This document shows, piece by piece, positions 48,455-61,000 of a stretch of 64,000 nt of DNA. The stretch is from Tubulanus polymorphus (lineage: Eukaryota > Animalia > Nemertea): NCBI RefSeq assembly GCF_964204645.1, contig NC_134029.1, forward strand, positions 13,046,850 to 13,110,849, written 5' to 3'. The position numbers and the translations under genes are program-made. The notes below the pieces were generated by a model that saw nothing but the letters and a program-made list of their open reading frames with translations, had not been told where the DNA came from and made no database searches. Every line of letters starts with the position of its first letter. Position 1 is the first letter of the stretch.

Positions 48455-51400
48455 AGCGCAAGGTAACGTTTTTATTCCATCATCTAAAATATATCTTTTA
48501 TCATCGAACGGATTTAAACTAGATCTTTCAATTTCATATATATACATTTCATGATCTTCAGAACGTAGACAATTCATTTTATGTTTCATTGTTATTGAAT
48601 TATATAATGACTTTATATGATCTTAAAATTCGATGTCTGTCAATCGAATGCTTTGTCATTCCTTTTAACTTTTTAGCCTCATGATCTTTAGTTCTGTAAC
48701 TATACATTTTACTTCTCATTAGAACAAATTCAATTATTATATCACCGCCTTATTCATCTTAAAACGTTCCAGGTCGTTTTTTATTTTCAATACTAAATAA
48801 TTCATGATCTTTTGGATAATTACTAAAATCTAAATGATGTTTTAATATTTTTAAGTCTTTTTTTATGTTATTTGTCTTGATTTTTTTGTAACTGTCAGTA
48901 TTTTTGGCTATTAATGGAAATCCACAAGTAAATGTATCATCTTCACTAGTTAAATCATAAACATAATCTGTTAGATTGGATATTTCAAATAAATCTCTAA
49001 CTTCTTTAGTTAATTCTTTTTCTACATGTGTTAATTGGAATACATTTGGTTTATCTTTTAAATACAAACTAACATATTAAAACCTAATGATGAACATAAT
49101 AAATTTAATAATAAATTTTTTGCCTTTTTGTGCAAATGAAATAGTTTTTTGTTGTGTATTTATTTTCCGGCCATCTGCAGCATAAAATCCAATGAAGTAC
49201 GATTTTCTTAAATTATATTGTGCATTTGATACTTTTCTTTTGTTGATGTATTGCTTTTAACTTTTGCTGGGATAAAGAACTCATCATTATATTTTATAGC
49301 AAAATCTGTAGGGTTATTCACAAGTATTCTATAAACTACTAATGATTTTATATGATCCATGATTCTAAATATTTTATAAGGATAAACTTCTTCACAATAT
49401 TTTTAATTCTTTTTAATAATTTCAAATCTTGATTACATACATACCAACAATATTCAGTGCGTCTAATATATTTTTACACACCTGCTGAACCATCTCCGGT
49501 GAAAAAAACCTTTATCAAAATTTTCTTTTCCTTCAAATGTTTCAGGTTCAATGCGATAGATATTATTATTTATTACATCAAATGACATATGATTCATTCT
49601 TGGGTAGTATCTTCTATGAAATAATTCATCGCCAATTATTATATCAGTTGGTTTGATTTCATCACCATTTTGTTTAATTAAACTAGGGTCTTCTGTAACA
49701 TCTACAAATCCTAACAGTTCTAACTCTGTAAATTTTATTATTTGTTTTATAAGAAATTTTTTGTCAAAACATCCATAAATCCATTTATTTGTATTAATTC
49801 TTTTTCCTCATATGATATGTAAAGTCTTTATTGATTAGGTTTATTGTTTCCAAAATTCTTCTTATCAATATTTCATTATTTTATTTTAATAATATTATAA
49901 TATAATATTAATAATATCAGCTGTGACAGAATCAAATTGTAATATTTCATTATTTTTTCCTCCAAAATGTGGTTGTAAAACACTATAATAGAAATCATAC
50001 ATTAATAATTTTGATATTTCTTAAACAGTTGAACCAATGAATATAGGTTTATTAAATTGCATTGCCATTCTTTTTAATTTCACTGCCGTCAAATAATCAT
50101 CGAATCTTTTATTACGCTAATGTCTTGGGCTTGATTGTAAATGCCTTAATCTTTCAGAATTATATACTAATTCGATATCACTTCTATTTCTAATATTTTC
50201 GCATGTTTTACCATAAAAAAACTATTATCCATTAATTTGAAGAAATCTTTTTTCGAAATCTGTTTTTGATATGGTTCTCTGTTGAGTATTGAAATCTATA
50301 TATTTTTCTAACCATTTCGATTGATTAAATTCATATATCTATGAACTTTCTTTAATTTCATTTCCTGAGTTAAGTAAAATTTTAACATTCTGTAATGAAC
50401 GATAAAATAAAATTTAAAATTTAAAATTTTGTGTAAATATTAATTTTTCTGTAAAAACTTGATCTTTCGGTTTTATTTTTTTTCTGATATTCACTCAAAT
50501 AACTATCATCTACGGTTAAACGTTCTGGGCAATATGGCAAATTTTTAGATTTAAATTTTATTTCATCAGGATATTCTAAATCACTACAAAGAAATAACCA
50601 ATTGGAGCATTATCTTTTAAACTCATATTGCGCTTTCCCAATCAGTTTTAACATCATTTTTAACTTCTGTTAATATACAATTTTTTATATGGTTGATATT
50701 GCATCATTGCCCAACCATATAAACTATTTACATTAATATATAATAATTTATATTCGTCGTTTGCTTTAAAATGTCTTTTTTAAATGTCTTGTGGCAAAAC
50801 CACATTGCCAAGATCAACCAGGACTTGAATAACAATAACAAGGATCAACATAAAAATTATTTGAATTAACGTTAAATTTTCTGTTGGGTGCAAACAACTT
50901 ATAATTGCCCTCAGAAAACAATTGTTGTCTGCATTTTGAACATTTATAATTGCTTTTGATAAAAATCGTAATTTAATATAAGATGATGCTTCAATATCTT
51001 TTTCTGTGGTTAATTTTGAATAATTTGGAAAGATCTTATTACTTTTTGATGTTTTATTTCTTTTTGTATCATACATATTCAAATCTAAAAATATAATTTC
51101 ATTCAATGTTAAACCGAACCTTCGAAATATCTTTCTTCGATATGACGTCTAAATTCATTAAATATTTATTCCAGTTTCTCTTATATTTGTGTTTTCGAAA
51201 TTATTTCTTCGGAATGTGTTTCAATATTATACTCCATTTTTCTTCTGATTTTATAAAACTTACTTTCCGGAAATCCTAATTTTTGGATATTCAACATCTG
51301 TTACAAAATCCATTATTTTTTTCCATTTTTTCAATAACTTAACTATAATCTTCTTTTGTTGTTCCTTTAAAAATCTAAATATTATAGCTGCAAGGCCAAT

Positions 51401-51870
51401 TTTACTACGCAATGTTTCTAAAATTTTGATTGTATCTTTAATTTCTGATGAATCGATATAATTTCTAACATTTTCCGTATAAGGTTTATTTGAAATAGAT
51501 TTAGTTTATTTAATAGATTTCTTTACTTGTTGAGATTTATAATCAGAATATCAGAATATAATCATCTGTTCCTAAAATATTGTTACTTAAATTCTGTTGG
51601 TGTTTCTTTTTATTCGAGATGTCTATGATAATTCCTTTTACTTATAAGTTCATTTTAAATATCGCATTTCATCTCATCCTTTTTCATATTTTGTAATTGT
51701 TCTTTTCTTTCATTGGAATTTTCTGGAGTTTCAAAATCTATAACATTTTTATATGAATTGCAGATTTTTCATGATGAGATTTATTAGATTTATTGATGTA
51801 TTTTTTACAATATGGACAATAAGATCGATTTTTATTAGCATCAATTTTTTTCTGTTTGGTACTCACCGGT
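48455..51870 (-). pseudogene. polB: Polinton copy 4: protein-primed PolB, intein-containing allele, exonuclease region deleted
   Basis: IINVQNADNNCFL, DPCYCYSSPGLSW, YINVNSLYGWAM (motif A), FKLMDN..YGKTCEN (motif B), QFD|intein|TDSY (motif C), DFSNYPK, RSKMYSY. Confidence 0.9.
48900..49930 (-). mobile_element. Intein with LAGLIDADG homing endonuclease inserted in PolB motif C (decayed)
   Basis: N-terminus SVTAD..ILLK; block B KIYRVRT..GFVDVTED(P)SLI..IKP..IGDELFH; GFF.GDGS and FIGFYAADG endonuclease motifs; block F/G YVYDLTSEDDTFTCGFPLIAKN followed by +1 Thr. Confidence 0.9.
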
Positions 51871-53372
51871 GGCGAGTGGTGGCGAGTCGTACTCTCGTAC
51901 TCTGGTTTCAAAACCACATTTTGTAATTACTAGCGTCTCATTTTACTTAGTAGCCACTTGAGAACAAAAAGAAATTAACAATATCGGCTACATTCCAGTA
52001 GTATACAAAACAGTTATCTGAAATAGTCTACCTTTCAATTCAGATGGTTTTCTATAGTAGCTGTTTGATATGGCATGGAAATACTGTCGAAATTAAACTA
52101 GCATTTTTGACGCGTCAAATTCACTTCATTCAAAACGTTATCTCATTTCATTATGCATTTAATAAAGATAGGATGCACAGGGTTTTGAGGGTTTTGAATA
52201 AAGTTAGGTTGAGGGCTCTGTGTAGGTAAAACAATCCAACTGTGTTTGGCTGCCTCGTTGGTCTAGCAGTGTAACTGTGCTAGTGCTTGTAGTTCGAATA
52301 CTGTTCTTATCTCTCTGCTATATTTTCTCTTCAGATTATTTGAGTCGTGGGATTAGTGTGGGATTCTAATCAGAGCAAATTATGGGCAAAATAGTGCCCA
52401 TATATAACAGGAATAATGCCCGTCGGTTATCCTGTGCCCAAAAACTGACCTGATCATAATCAAGATGTCCATTTGTCGAAATCAGCACGTGTGTGCTTTT
52501 ATGGCTCTCTGATTGTTTTCCAACATGAGTCTTCTGCTCGGATACTTTCAGTTCAGCAGTCAACAATATCCTCTAATAGTGTTAAAAAGTTGTAGACATT
52601 GCCATTTGAAAAGACCATCATGATCAACAGTTGTCTACAACAAAGATCAAAAAGATCGGTTCAAAAATAGTGACTTATTGTTGTTTTTTCGACCTTTCAT
52701 GGCGGAAATTGCTAAGTGCTGACGGGGAGCACCGAGTGAATATTAACTCGCGTATGATGAAAGACAGCTAACCCGTTCATACTCCATTCACCTCTCTGGT
52801 ACAACAGTGTATTTTTCCTAAAACGTACCAATAGACCTATGTTAATCGTTTTTTTTCCTCGGGAAAATAGAATTTATCTGTGTATACTCAATACTGATAG
52901 TTTTGCTGCGTAGCTGTGCTAAACTGCAATCCCCTCGTTATAAATTTTCTGAGCGATTAGCTCCAACTGTGCGTCCTTAAATTACTATTTCACGTGATTT
53001 TGTTGTAAACTTAATTCTTCACTGCAAAGTAACCGCAGTGAACCGTAGTAACCGTGATGCGAACGTATTGTGATATCGAGTGAAACACCAGAATAGTTAT
53101 AAATCAAACCAAGGATTGGTAGATAATAAAAGCTAACTATAGTAAACAGGATAATATCCGAAACGTCAGTGAAACAAGAGTCGTAGTAGTTTAAATCACT
53201 ATCGTGGTTTCTTTTATGACAGCACCGTTGGTAATACGACTTAACCCGTATTTGTCTATGTCGGTTTAAAACTAACCACATGAAGTTTCATTACATATAA
53301 GGGATGTATACGAATAGATCAAATTGAAATTTCTCTGCAGATTATAAGATTATCAGGTTTATTCATTTAAAG

Positions 53373-53991
53373 GTGAAGATGTTGTAGTGAACGTGGAAAT
53401 GCCAGCCAGCGATAAAGATGAAGAATTATCGGATTTAAAAGAAAAATTTGAATACCCGGATGTTTCCCACGACGGGAACGGGGTTAATTTTTATCTACGT
53501 CTCGGTGCAGTTGGTAAGAAGCGTTGCTCATAATAATCATTGAATAAAAATCTGCAAAACATATCGTAAGAAACCAGATATGCTTTTCTCTTTAAGGGTT
53601 CGGTCTCGGAACAATGTTATTGGCTGGATTCCGTATATCGGAGCGGTTAGAAAACAGTGTCACATTGGAATGCCGAAGTACATTGTTTCCAATCAATGCT
53701 GCTCTCATGATCATCTTTGTTTTTACTCAGACATTTTTTATATTCAAACACCACCGAGTAAGCATAATGAAGCATTATATATTGACACACGCAGAAAGCC
53801 TACAGACCAGACACCGATAGAATTTTTGATGTTACAGGTCATCATTAATCGACGGAAACCAATCGTTAGACTATGCCTGATGCATCTTTTGGCTACTAAT
53901 CTATCCGTATGGCTATCAGCTGTAACGCATGAAACTGCAGAAGATATTGGCAGGGCGCCACATACCTACAGGCCTAAAATTCACCAAAGAG
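53373..53991 (+). CDS. Otop: Three internal exons (53373-53513, 53597-53757, 53838-53991) of an otopetrin-family proton channel; partial host gene
   Basis: In-phase GT-AG splicing gives SHDGNGVNFYLRLGAVGFGLGTML..C..IFVFTQTFFIFKHHRVIINRRKPIVRLCLMHLLATNLSVWL..HETAEDI, which are otopetrin-family motifs. Confidence 0.8.
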
Positions 53992-54095
53992 GTACATATC
54001 CATATCTAATGATTTCGGTTCCGATCTCAGAGTCTATTTCATCGTTTAATATACATGTATAACGAATTTGGTATGGAGCTTGCGAAGGGCTTATT

Positions 54096-54342
54096 TATGG
54101 TGGCTGATAAGGGCCAAAATGCATTAATTTTTACACGACCTCGATTATAGAAAAACGCAAAACGAAACCTATAGAGCAAAAACGAAAACTTCGTTTTTGC
54201 TACCGCGCAAAGACGAACTTTTCGTTTTTGCTAGGGCGCAAAAAGTGAAGTTTTCGTTTTTGCTCTATAGGTTTCGTTTTGCGTTTTTCAATAATCGAGG
54301 TCGTGTTAAAATTAATGCATTTGGCCCTTATCAGCCACCATA
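54096..54342. mobile_element. Palindromic MITE with TATGG...CCATA termini (IS3EU-like)
   Basis: ~105-bp near-perfect inverted arms starting tatggtggctgataagggcc; flanks cttatt/cttata (5/6 match, consistent with a TSD). Confidence 0.85.
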
Positions 54343-55453
54343 CTTATAGGCGTATACACCGTACTCTTTATGTTGACATTTCCAGGGAGGATATACCCAT
54401 GAACCATTGTTGTCATTTTATGTTTTTAGCATTGGTTGACGTCTATGACGTCAAACCAATACTAGTAAAATCGATCGGAAGTCGTAGTAAAAAAAGGGCC
54501 GAATCTTCGTATTTTCATAGTAACTTCAAATTTTAACTCCGTTAACGTAAAATATGAGAAACAGATGAAAATGACTCAAAATAATGTTTCAATTATTCCC
54601 TACAAGATAGCATCGCCAGATTTCTGATATAATGGTCCAAACAGTTATACTATCGCATTTTGCTAGTTAGTTAAGTGGTAGATGAGAGGGGGTTAAGCAA
54701 TCGCGTAGTGATATGTACGCATTGACCTTGGGAGTTAAGAATCGGGAAAGGCCACTTTTGAATACAAAAACATAAATTCATATACATAAAAATATATGTA
54801 TATAAATATCATTGTATTTACATATCACTGTTATTCCTCCTATCAGAAGCAATGAGATTAATTGGAATTAATTCTCAGCGGCAGAATACATATTTCTGTA
54901 GCAGTGGAATGGTAGGCCTACTCATAACTGAAACCCGTGTAGGTAAGTAATGTGGTCATGCGGGAAGCATTTACTGAAGTTAAAACCATTTCACCATTAA
55001 CCGAAACATCAAACGGTAAACTGTACAACCCAGCCATGCTACGATATCACCAAAAAAGATAGCTTATTCTATTCAATTTTACCAGAGCTGTTTGTTAGAG
55101 GAAAATATCATAAGTACGCTGAGAACAACTATGTTGTATAGTCAATCCATCAATCAGTTGATTGATAGTTTATTGTAAAATTCCATCGGTTCGGCCATAT
55201 TCTAAGATAATTTTTCACTTTAAAATGCCGTTCCCGCCTCCTGCACACTCACGAGGTGGTAGCAGCACGTACGCACTCGGCAGACAGTTTAGTTTTGTAA
55301 CGCGCGCCGGGAAAAATAACGTTGATTATCATTTCCATGCATTGAACACCAGGACAGTGATTAAATCTTAAATTTTACACAATATTCATCGTAGATTGCA
55401 ATATCGCGATGGTTATTTGCGCTGCTGAAGTTTTTTTTTGGAATTGAATCGAG

Positions 55454-55625
55454 CGCCCTCGGTAGCTCAGTGCGATAAGTTGCATCCACTATCAGTGCTG
55501 AGAGACAAGTGGGTTCGAATCCTACCATTGACTGCTTACAGTGTGCGGTCAACACTTCAAAGGCCGTCCCATCGCGAAACCAAGATCCAAAGCAAGCCAA
55601 ACAAACAAAAAAAACAAACAAACAA
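55454..55625 (+). mobile_element. tRNA-derived SINE with (CAAA)n tail
   Basis: A box tagctcagtgcg, B box ggttcgaatcc, tail aaacaaacaaaaaaaacaaacaaac. Confidence 0.75.
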
Positions 55626-55653
55626 TCGTGAGCCGGCCTTCCTCAGTGACACC

Positions 55654-58020
55654 AGTAATAGGGTAAGTCTTGTTTCAGGTCAAAGGTCGAAAGGTCGAGC
55701 TCATAAAAAATAAAAATAAATTCTCACACGCTCGAATTTATTTTTATTTTTTACTCACTCAACCTTTCAACCTTTAATCTGAAACAAGACACCCTATTAC
55801 TCTAATAATATTCGAATAGATATGAACATTATATAAATGAATATCATATATATGAAAATATGTATAATAAATGGCGAGTAAACAAATACACAATGAATCC
55901 TTAGCTAGAATTAAAGATACATGTACTACAAATGTCAAATCTGTAGATTATAAATTCAAAAAGTTAACAGAATTAACATAACATATATAATGAAATATTT
56001 AATTACAAATATTGAAACAATTACTTATAGATATGGTAATAAATTAGTTATTCACCTAGAATATGAAGGATTAAAAGGAAATAAATATAAATTCAGAACA
56101 TATTTACCAGATAGATTTCATAGATTATCTAGTGAAGATATCGATGAATTATATTCAAGTGATTTCTATTTCATATATAAAGGTAAGAATGAAAAAGGAT
56201 GTCATGATATAGATTTCGAATAATATAAATCAATTTTAATGAAAAAATTGATATTAGAATGGAAGCAAAAAAGAAGTAATTCTGTCCAACATGTAAAATC
56301 AATACAGATAAATCTCAAAAAGCAAGACATAATAATACTAAATCTCACTTAGGAAATAAATTGAAATTAGAATATAATAATGATATATTAGAAACTAAAT
56401 TAGATGAATTAAAGAAATATATAAATGTGATACATGCAATCAATCATTCAGTAACAAAAGATATTATGAACAACATTTAAAATCTAAAAATCATATAAGA
56501 ATTATCAATAATGATTTTTTAGGTGAAGATTATTTTGATAAAGATATTAATAAGAAATGAAAAGCATAATTTAAACAGTAAAGATAGATTAAACAATAAA
56601 AGACCATACATGGAAGATGTTAGAAATTATATTAATTCATTAGATGATAAAAAAGATATTGAAATAACCGAAGCATTTAAAAGTGATATTGGACCAGCTG
56701 CTATTGAATTTAGATTTTATAAAGGCAAAAAATTAGAAGAAAATAAAAAACATCTAGAAAATATGAAAAATATTATAAAAATAATTACAGACGCAGAATA
56801 TCCTAAAATTAGTAAATCTACTAAAGTAAAATTCATAAAATCTGACGATAAACCAATATATTATATAAATTCTCGTCCACAACATGTCATTTCAAAACAA
56901 CATATAGATGATAGATCAAATAAATGTAATAATGAAATAAAAAGTAAAATAGAAGAGAAATATTTTTGAAGGATATGGTTTAATATTTGATGAAATAATA
57001 TTTATGACGTTACATGTGTACAATACAAAATATGATAAATCAACTAAATCAAAACTATTATATAAAAATAATTTATCATATTATAAATATGATAATATAA
57101 ATGCATTAAGTCATATCAAATTACCATTTAAAACTAATGCTGTTATGAATGTACAAAATGAAGATGATAAATGTTTTTTTATGGTCAATAATTAGTTGCT
57201 TACATCCAACAGAAGATATTACACATAGATTTAGATTAACAAATTATATACCATTTAAAAATAATTATAAGATAGATAATTATCCTGTTAAAATCAAATG
57301 TATTCCAAAAATAGAGAGAGATAAAGAGATAATAGAAAATAGAGAAAAGAGATAATAATCTAAAAATAATGTATTGGATTTAATCAAAATACCAAAAACA
57401 ACAGGTAATAATATTAAACATTATACATTAGAACCTTTGTATTCATCAAAAGATTATGATTCAAATGGTGTTATAGATATGTTATATTATGAGAATCATT
57501 ATATGTGGATAAAACAAATTGATTTATTTTTTAAATCAGAAAATGATTATACTCGTAAAATATATCTATGTAAAAATGTATAATCAAATTCAGTACTGAA
57601 AGTGCATTATTAAATCATAAACAATCGTGATAATCGTGATTATAGTAAATTAATTTTACCAAATAAAAAAGATAAAATAGTAGAATTAAAAAATATGATT
57701 ACAAGAATAAAGTACCATTTGTATTGTATGATTTTGAATCATTAAATAAGGAATTAACTGATCAAGATAGAAAAAGAATATTGGAAGAAAGAAATTAAAT
57801 TCTAATGAAAATGATTTTTCAGAAGAACCACCAATAACAAATACATTTGAAAAAATCCATCAGAGTGCTGCAGCTTTTGGATTATATGTAAAATCAGATT
57901 ATCCAGAACTAATTAAAAGTGAATATCATTATTATAGAAAATGTTATCAATCATTTTTATGACTTATTAATGAAATTCAATGAATTATTAGATACAAATA
58001 CAGAAATAATAATGACTGAA
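55654..58020 (+). mobile_element. Polinton copy 5: hairpin (55654-55801), small gene (55872-56223), 5' part of zinc-finger/PolB (56259-58020); truncated at the BEL element
   Basis: Co-linear homology to ~14902-16660 and 18522-18874. Confidence 0.9.
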
Positions 58021-61000
58021 TAAAATTTCCGATAACTCGAGGAGATGGTAAATCAGCCATCAACGGAATGGAATTAGGACTAGCAAACGAACGCAACACA
58101 AAGCTTTACAGGACCGGCGAACTGAGAGAGCCATGACGCGAGCATTTATAGGCCAATACCGCTGGCGGACCTCAGCTACTATTTGCTCAGGACCGCAATG
58201 CGCCAAATACTCGTGTATACTGGAAAGAATCAATCTAGTAACGTGATGATCATAAGGCAGAAGAATGTGATGCTTAGTTTCGGACGGAATTTCGGCTTTA
58301 GGCAGACGACTACCTACTCTGATAAACGAACCATCAAAGAATGGCGTAAACGGCCGCAGAGAACGTTGAAAGTGACCTCAACTTTAAAGAGGCAATGTCA
58401 CTAGCGAACATTTGCGACTGTGCAAATCTCATAAGGCAGTCCTCGGCCGCTCTCATCTGGACGGCAAAAAATATATACACGGCGCACCTACAGGTTTCCC
58501 AATGCGGCGACCAGCCAATTTCCTAACAGCACGTAAAACGACGTGACGCTTTAACTCATACCAACTAGAGAACCTCTCCTTATCAACAATTTCACTAAGA
58601 TCCAAATCAGATAATGATTTAGGGTGAACTGTAGGAATGTGAACACACGTTTGAACATTTACGTGTTTACGAATATTCTAATCGTTTTCAGAAACAGAAC
58701 CTGATATGATACTTTGATCTAGCCAACAACCGTCCCCATTTAAAAACATTGGACCGTTAACCCAGGACCGAGAACTGATAAGATCACGAATGGAAAGTCC
58801 ACGAGTACAAACATCTGCAGGATTTATCTCCGATGGAACGTATTTCCACTGAACAGGGGACGAACAACTGTGAATCTTCGACGAACGATTAGAGACAAAC
58901 GTTTTAAACCTAGTATCGGAATTGTTGATGTATCTCAGCACAGTCGTGGAATCTGACCAGTAAAAGACACTACCAGCAGTCAAACTGGACAACTCATTTT
59001 TTAAAAGTTTACATAATCAAGTGGATAAAAGTGCTCCCTCTAATTCCAACTAAGGGATAGTAACGACTTGCTTAATTGGCGCAACATGAGACTTAGCGGC
59101 AATAAACGAACAACCTACTTCATCATTGACACTAAATCGCAAATGAATTACAGAAGCATAACCACGCTCAGAGGCGTCCGAAAACAAACGGATCAAAGAT
59201 GGAAGGGACTACACTCAACACACAACGCTTTGTGGGGGGGGGGTCCCTCCCTTCTGACGAGTCTAAAAACAAAACTATCTGACTCTACACTCCACTTAAT
59301 ACCTAATGCTCTTTCAACAGGAAGTTCATCCAGGAAAATATCTAACTTTGGATTTGCGCGCTCAGACTTATCAATCCGCGAAATAATCTTCCTATCATTT
59401 GACAGCCATTTGGCTATATGAAATCCGCCCTTTTCCAAAATCCGATTTACCTCATCAACCAAAGACAAAGCAATTCCAGCGTCCACTAAAGATTTGAGCA
59501 AATCATCGACATAGAAATCATGTAAGACAGTTTGCGTACATAATGAACTAAAATCACCAATATTGTCGTAAGCACAGCGCCTTAAAGCGTAATTTGCACA
59601 GCAAGGACTATTTTTGGCTCCAAAAATATGCACAACCATTTTTGTAAATATCCGGAGGTCTATCATTGTTTAAATCATCCTGTCAGAGAAACCTAAGACT
59701 ATTGGAATCAGGTACCCGAACCTGATGAAACATAGCTTCGATGTCCGAAACTATAGAAACCTCGTACAACCTAAATCGCTGCAACACTCCAAATAGAGAA
59801 TTAAGAAGATCTGGACCGTTCATCAACAGACTATTTAGAGAAATACCATTGCAAGTAGCAGCTGCATCAAACACGACACGGGCTTAGGCTTATTAGGATT
59901 TATCACACAGTGGTGAGGAAGGTACCAAGTTTTAGGACCTACTGCAGCGATCTCCTGAGGAGTTAACTTACGAGCAAAATCCTCGACCGAATCGCCCAAC
60001 TTAGGATCATGTAAACCAGATGATTCGAAGTTCCAAAATCTCTCTACCTGCGCATGAAGATCACTCTCCTCATTGACGACAGTATTTACCCTAGGAATAT
60101 AATTAACAGACGAAGGATCATTCACGACAGAACAACCAAACAAACGCCAACAAAGCTAAGGAGTCAACAAAGCAAAGGGCTGAGAATCATCATCACTGGT
60201 TCGAACATCCTGGATATGGGCTTTAGGAACGTTTGCACCAATCAAAAGTCTTGCCATAGAAGAGTTAACTTCGGACAACGAAATGCCTTTAGGTGAGGGT
60301 AATCAAGATCAGTGATTTGAGCGGGACAATAGAGCCCTCCTGTGAGTCCATGCCTTTACCTCTATGGGACTCGAATTCGGATCGCAACCACGAACTCTGA
60401 ATGACACGAACTGCGATGTTTCCCTTTTATTAGAACCCAATGTTTTGATTTTCAGCGTACGACGCTTACCTTTTAGCCCAAGATCACAGGCTAATTCGCA
60501 ATCAACCAAACTTACATCACTCGCCGAATCCAACATGGCATAAGATTCTATGATTCGGCCATTATAACCATGTATCACAACTGGGAGCAGTTGAAAATTT
60601 ACTTTCATATTGACCTCACTTGAATATGTGTTACTTTTTACGGTAGAAATATCATTTTCACCACTTTGGCTATCTGTAATTAACGACTGGGGTTGCGACT
60701 GTTCGGACCTCGAAGACCAACTACGATGGAGGGTGGAATGATGCTTCTTTCCACATGACGGCTCTTTGCATGTTGCTTGCGACGGAAAACTTACAATACG
60801 ATGACCTGGATAAAGACAATTAATACATAGATAAGCACTCTTGACAAAATTAAAGCGACCCATAACACTCTTTTCTAAATAACATTTGCACCTAGATAAG
60901 AGATGAGGCGATTGGTGACAAAACGAACAAGATCTAGAACCAGACTTAAGGTCTGTCTCTTTTCTAGACACTACAGTATTCATACTACTATTCGACAGTC

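Noticed and set aside
52366-53281. Minus-strand hydrophobic ORFs as further otopetrin exons
   Set aside because: Opposite strand to the supported exons and no diagnostic motif.
55454-55530. Functional tRNA gene (also 5125-5208 and a weak A/B-box at ~52250-52300)
   Set aside because: No convincing cloverleaf; the body and (CAAA)n tail indicate a SINE.
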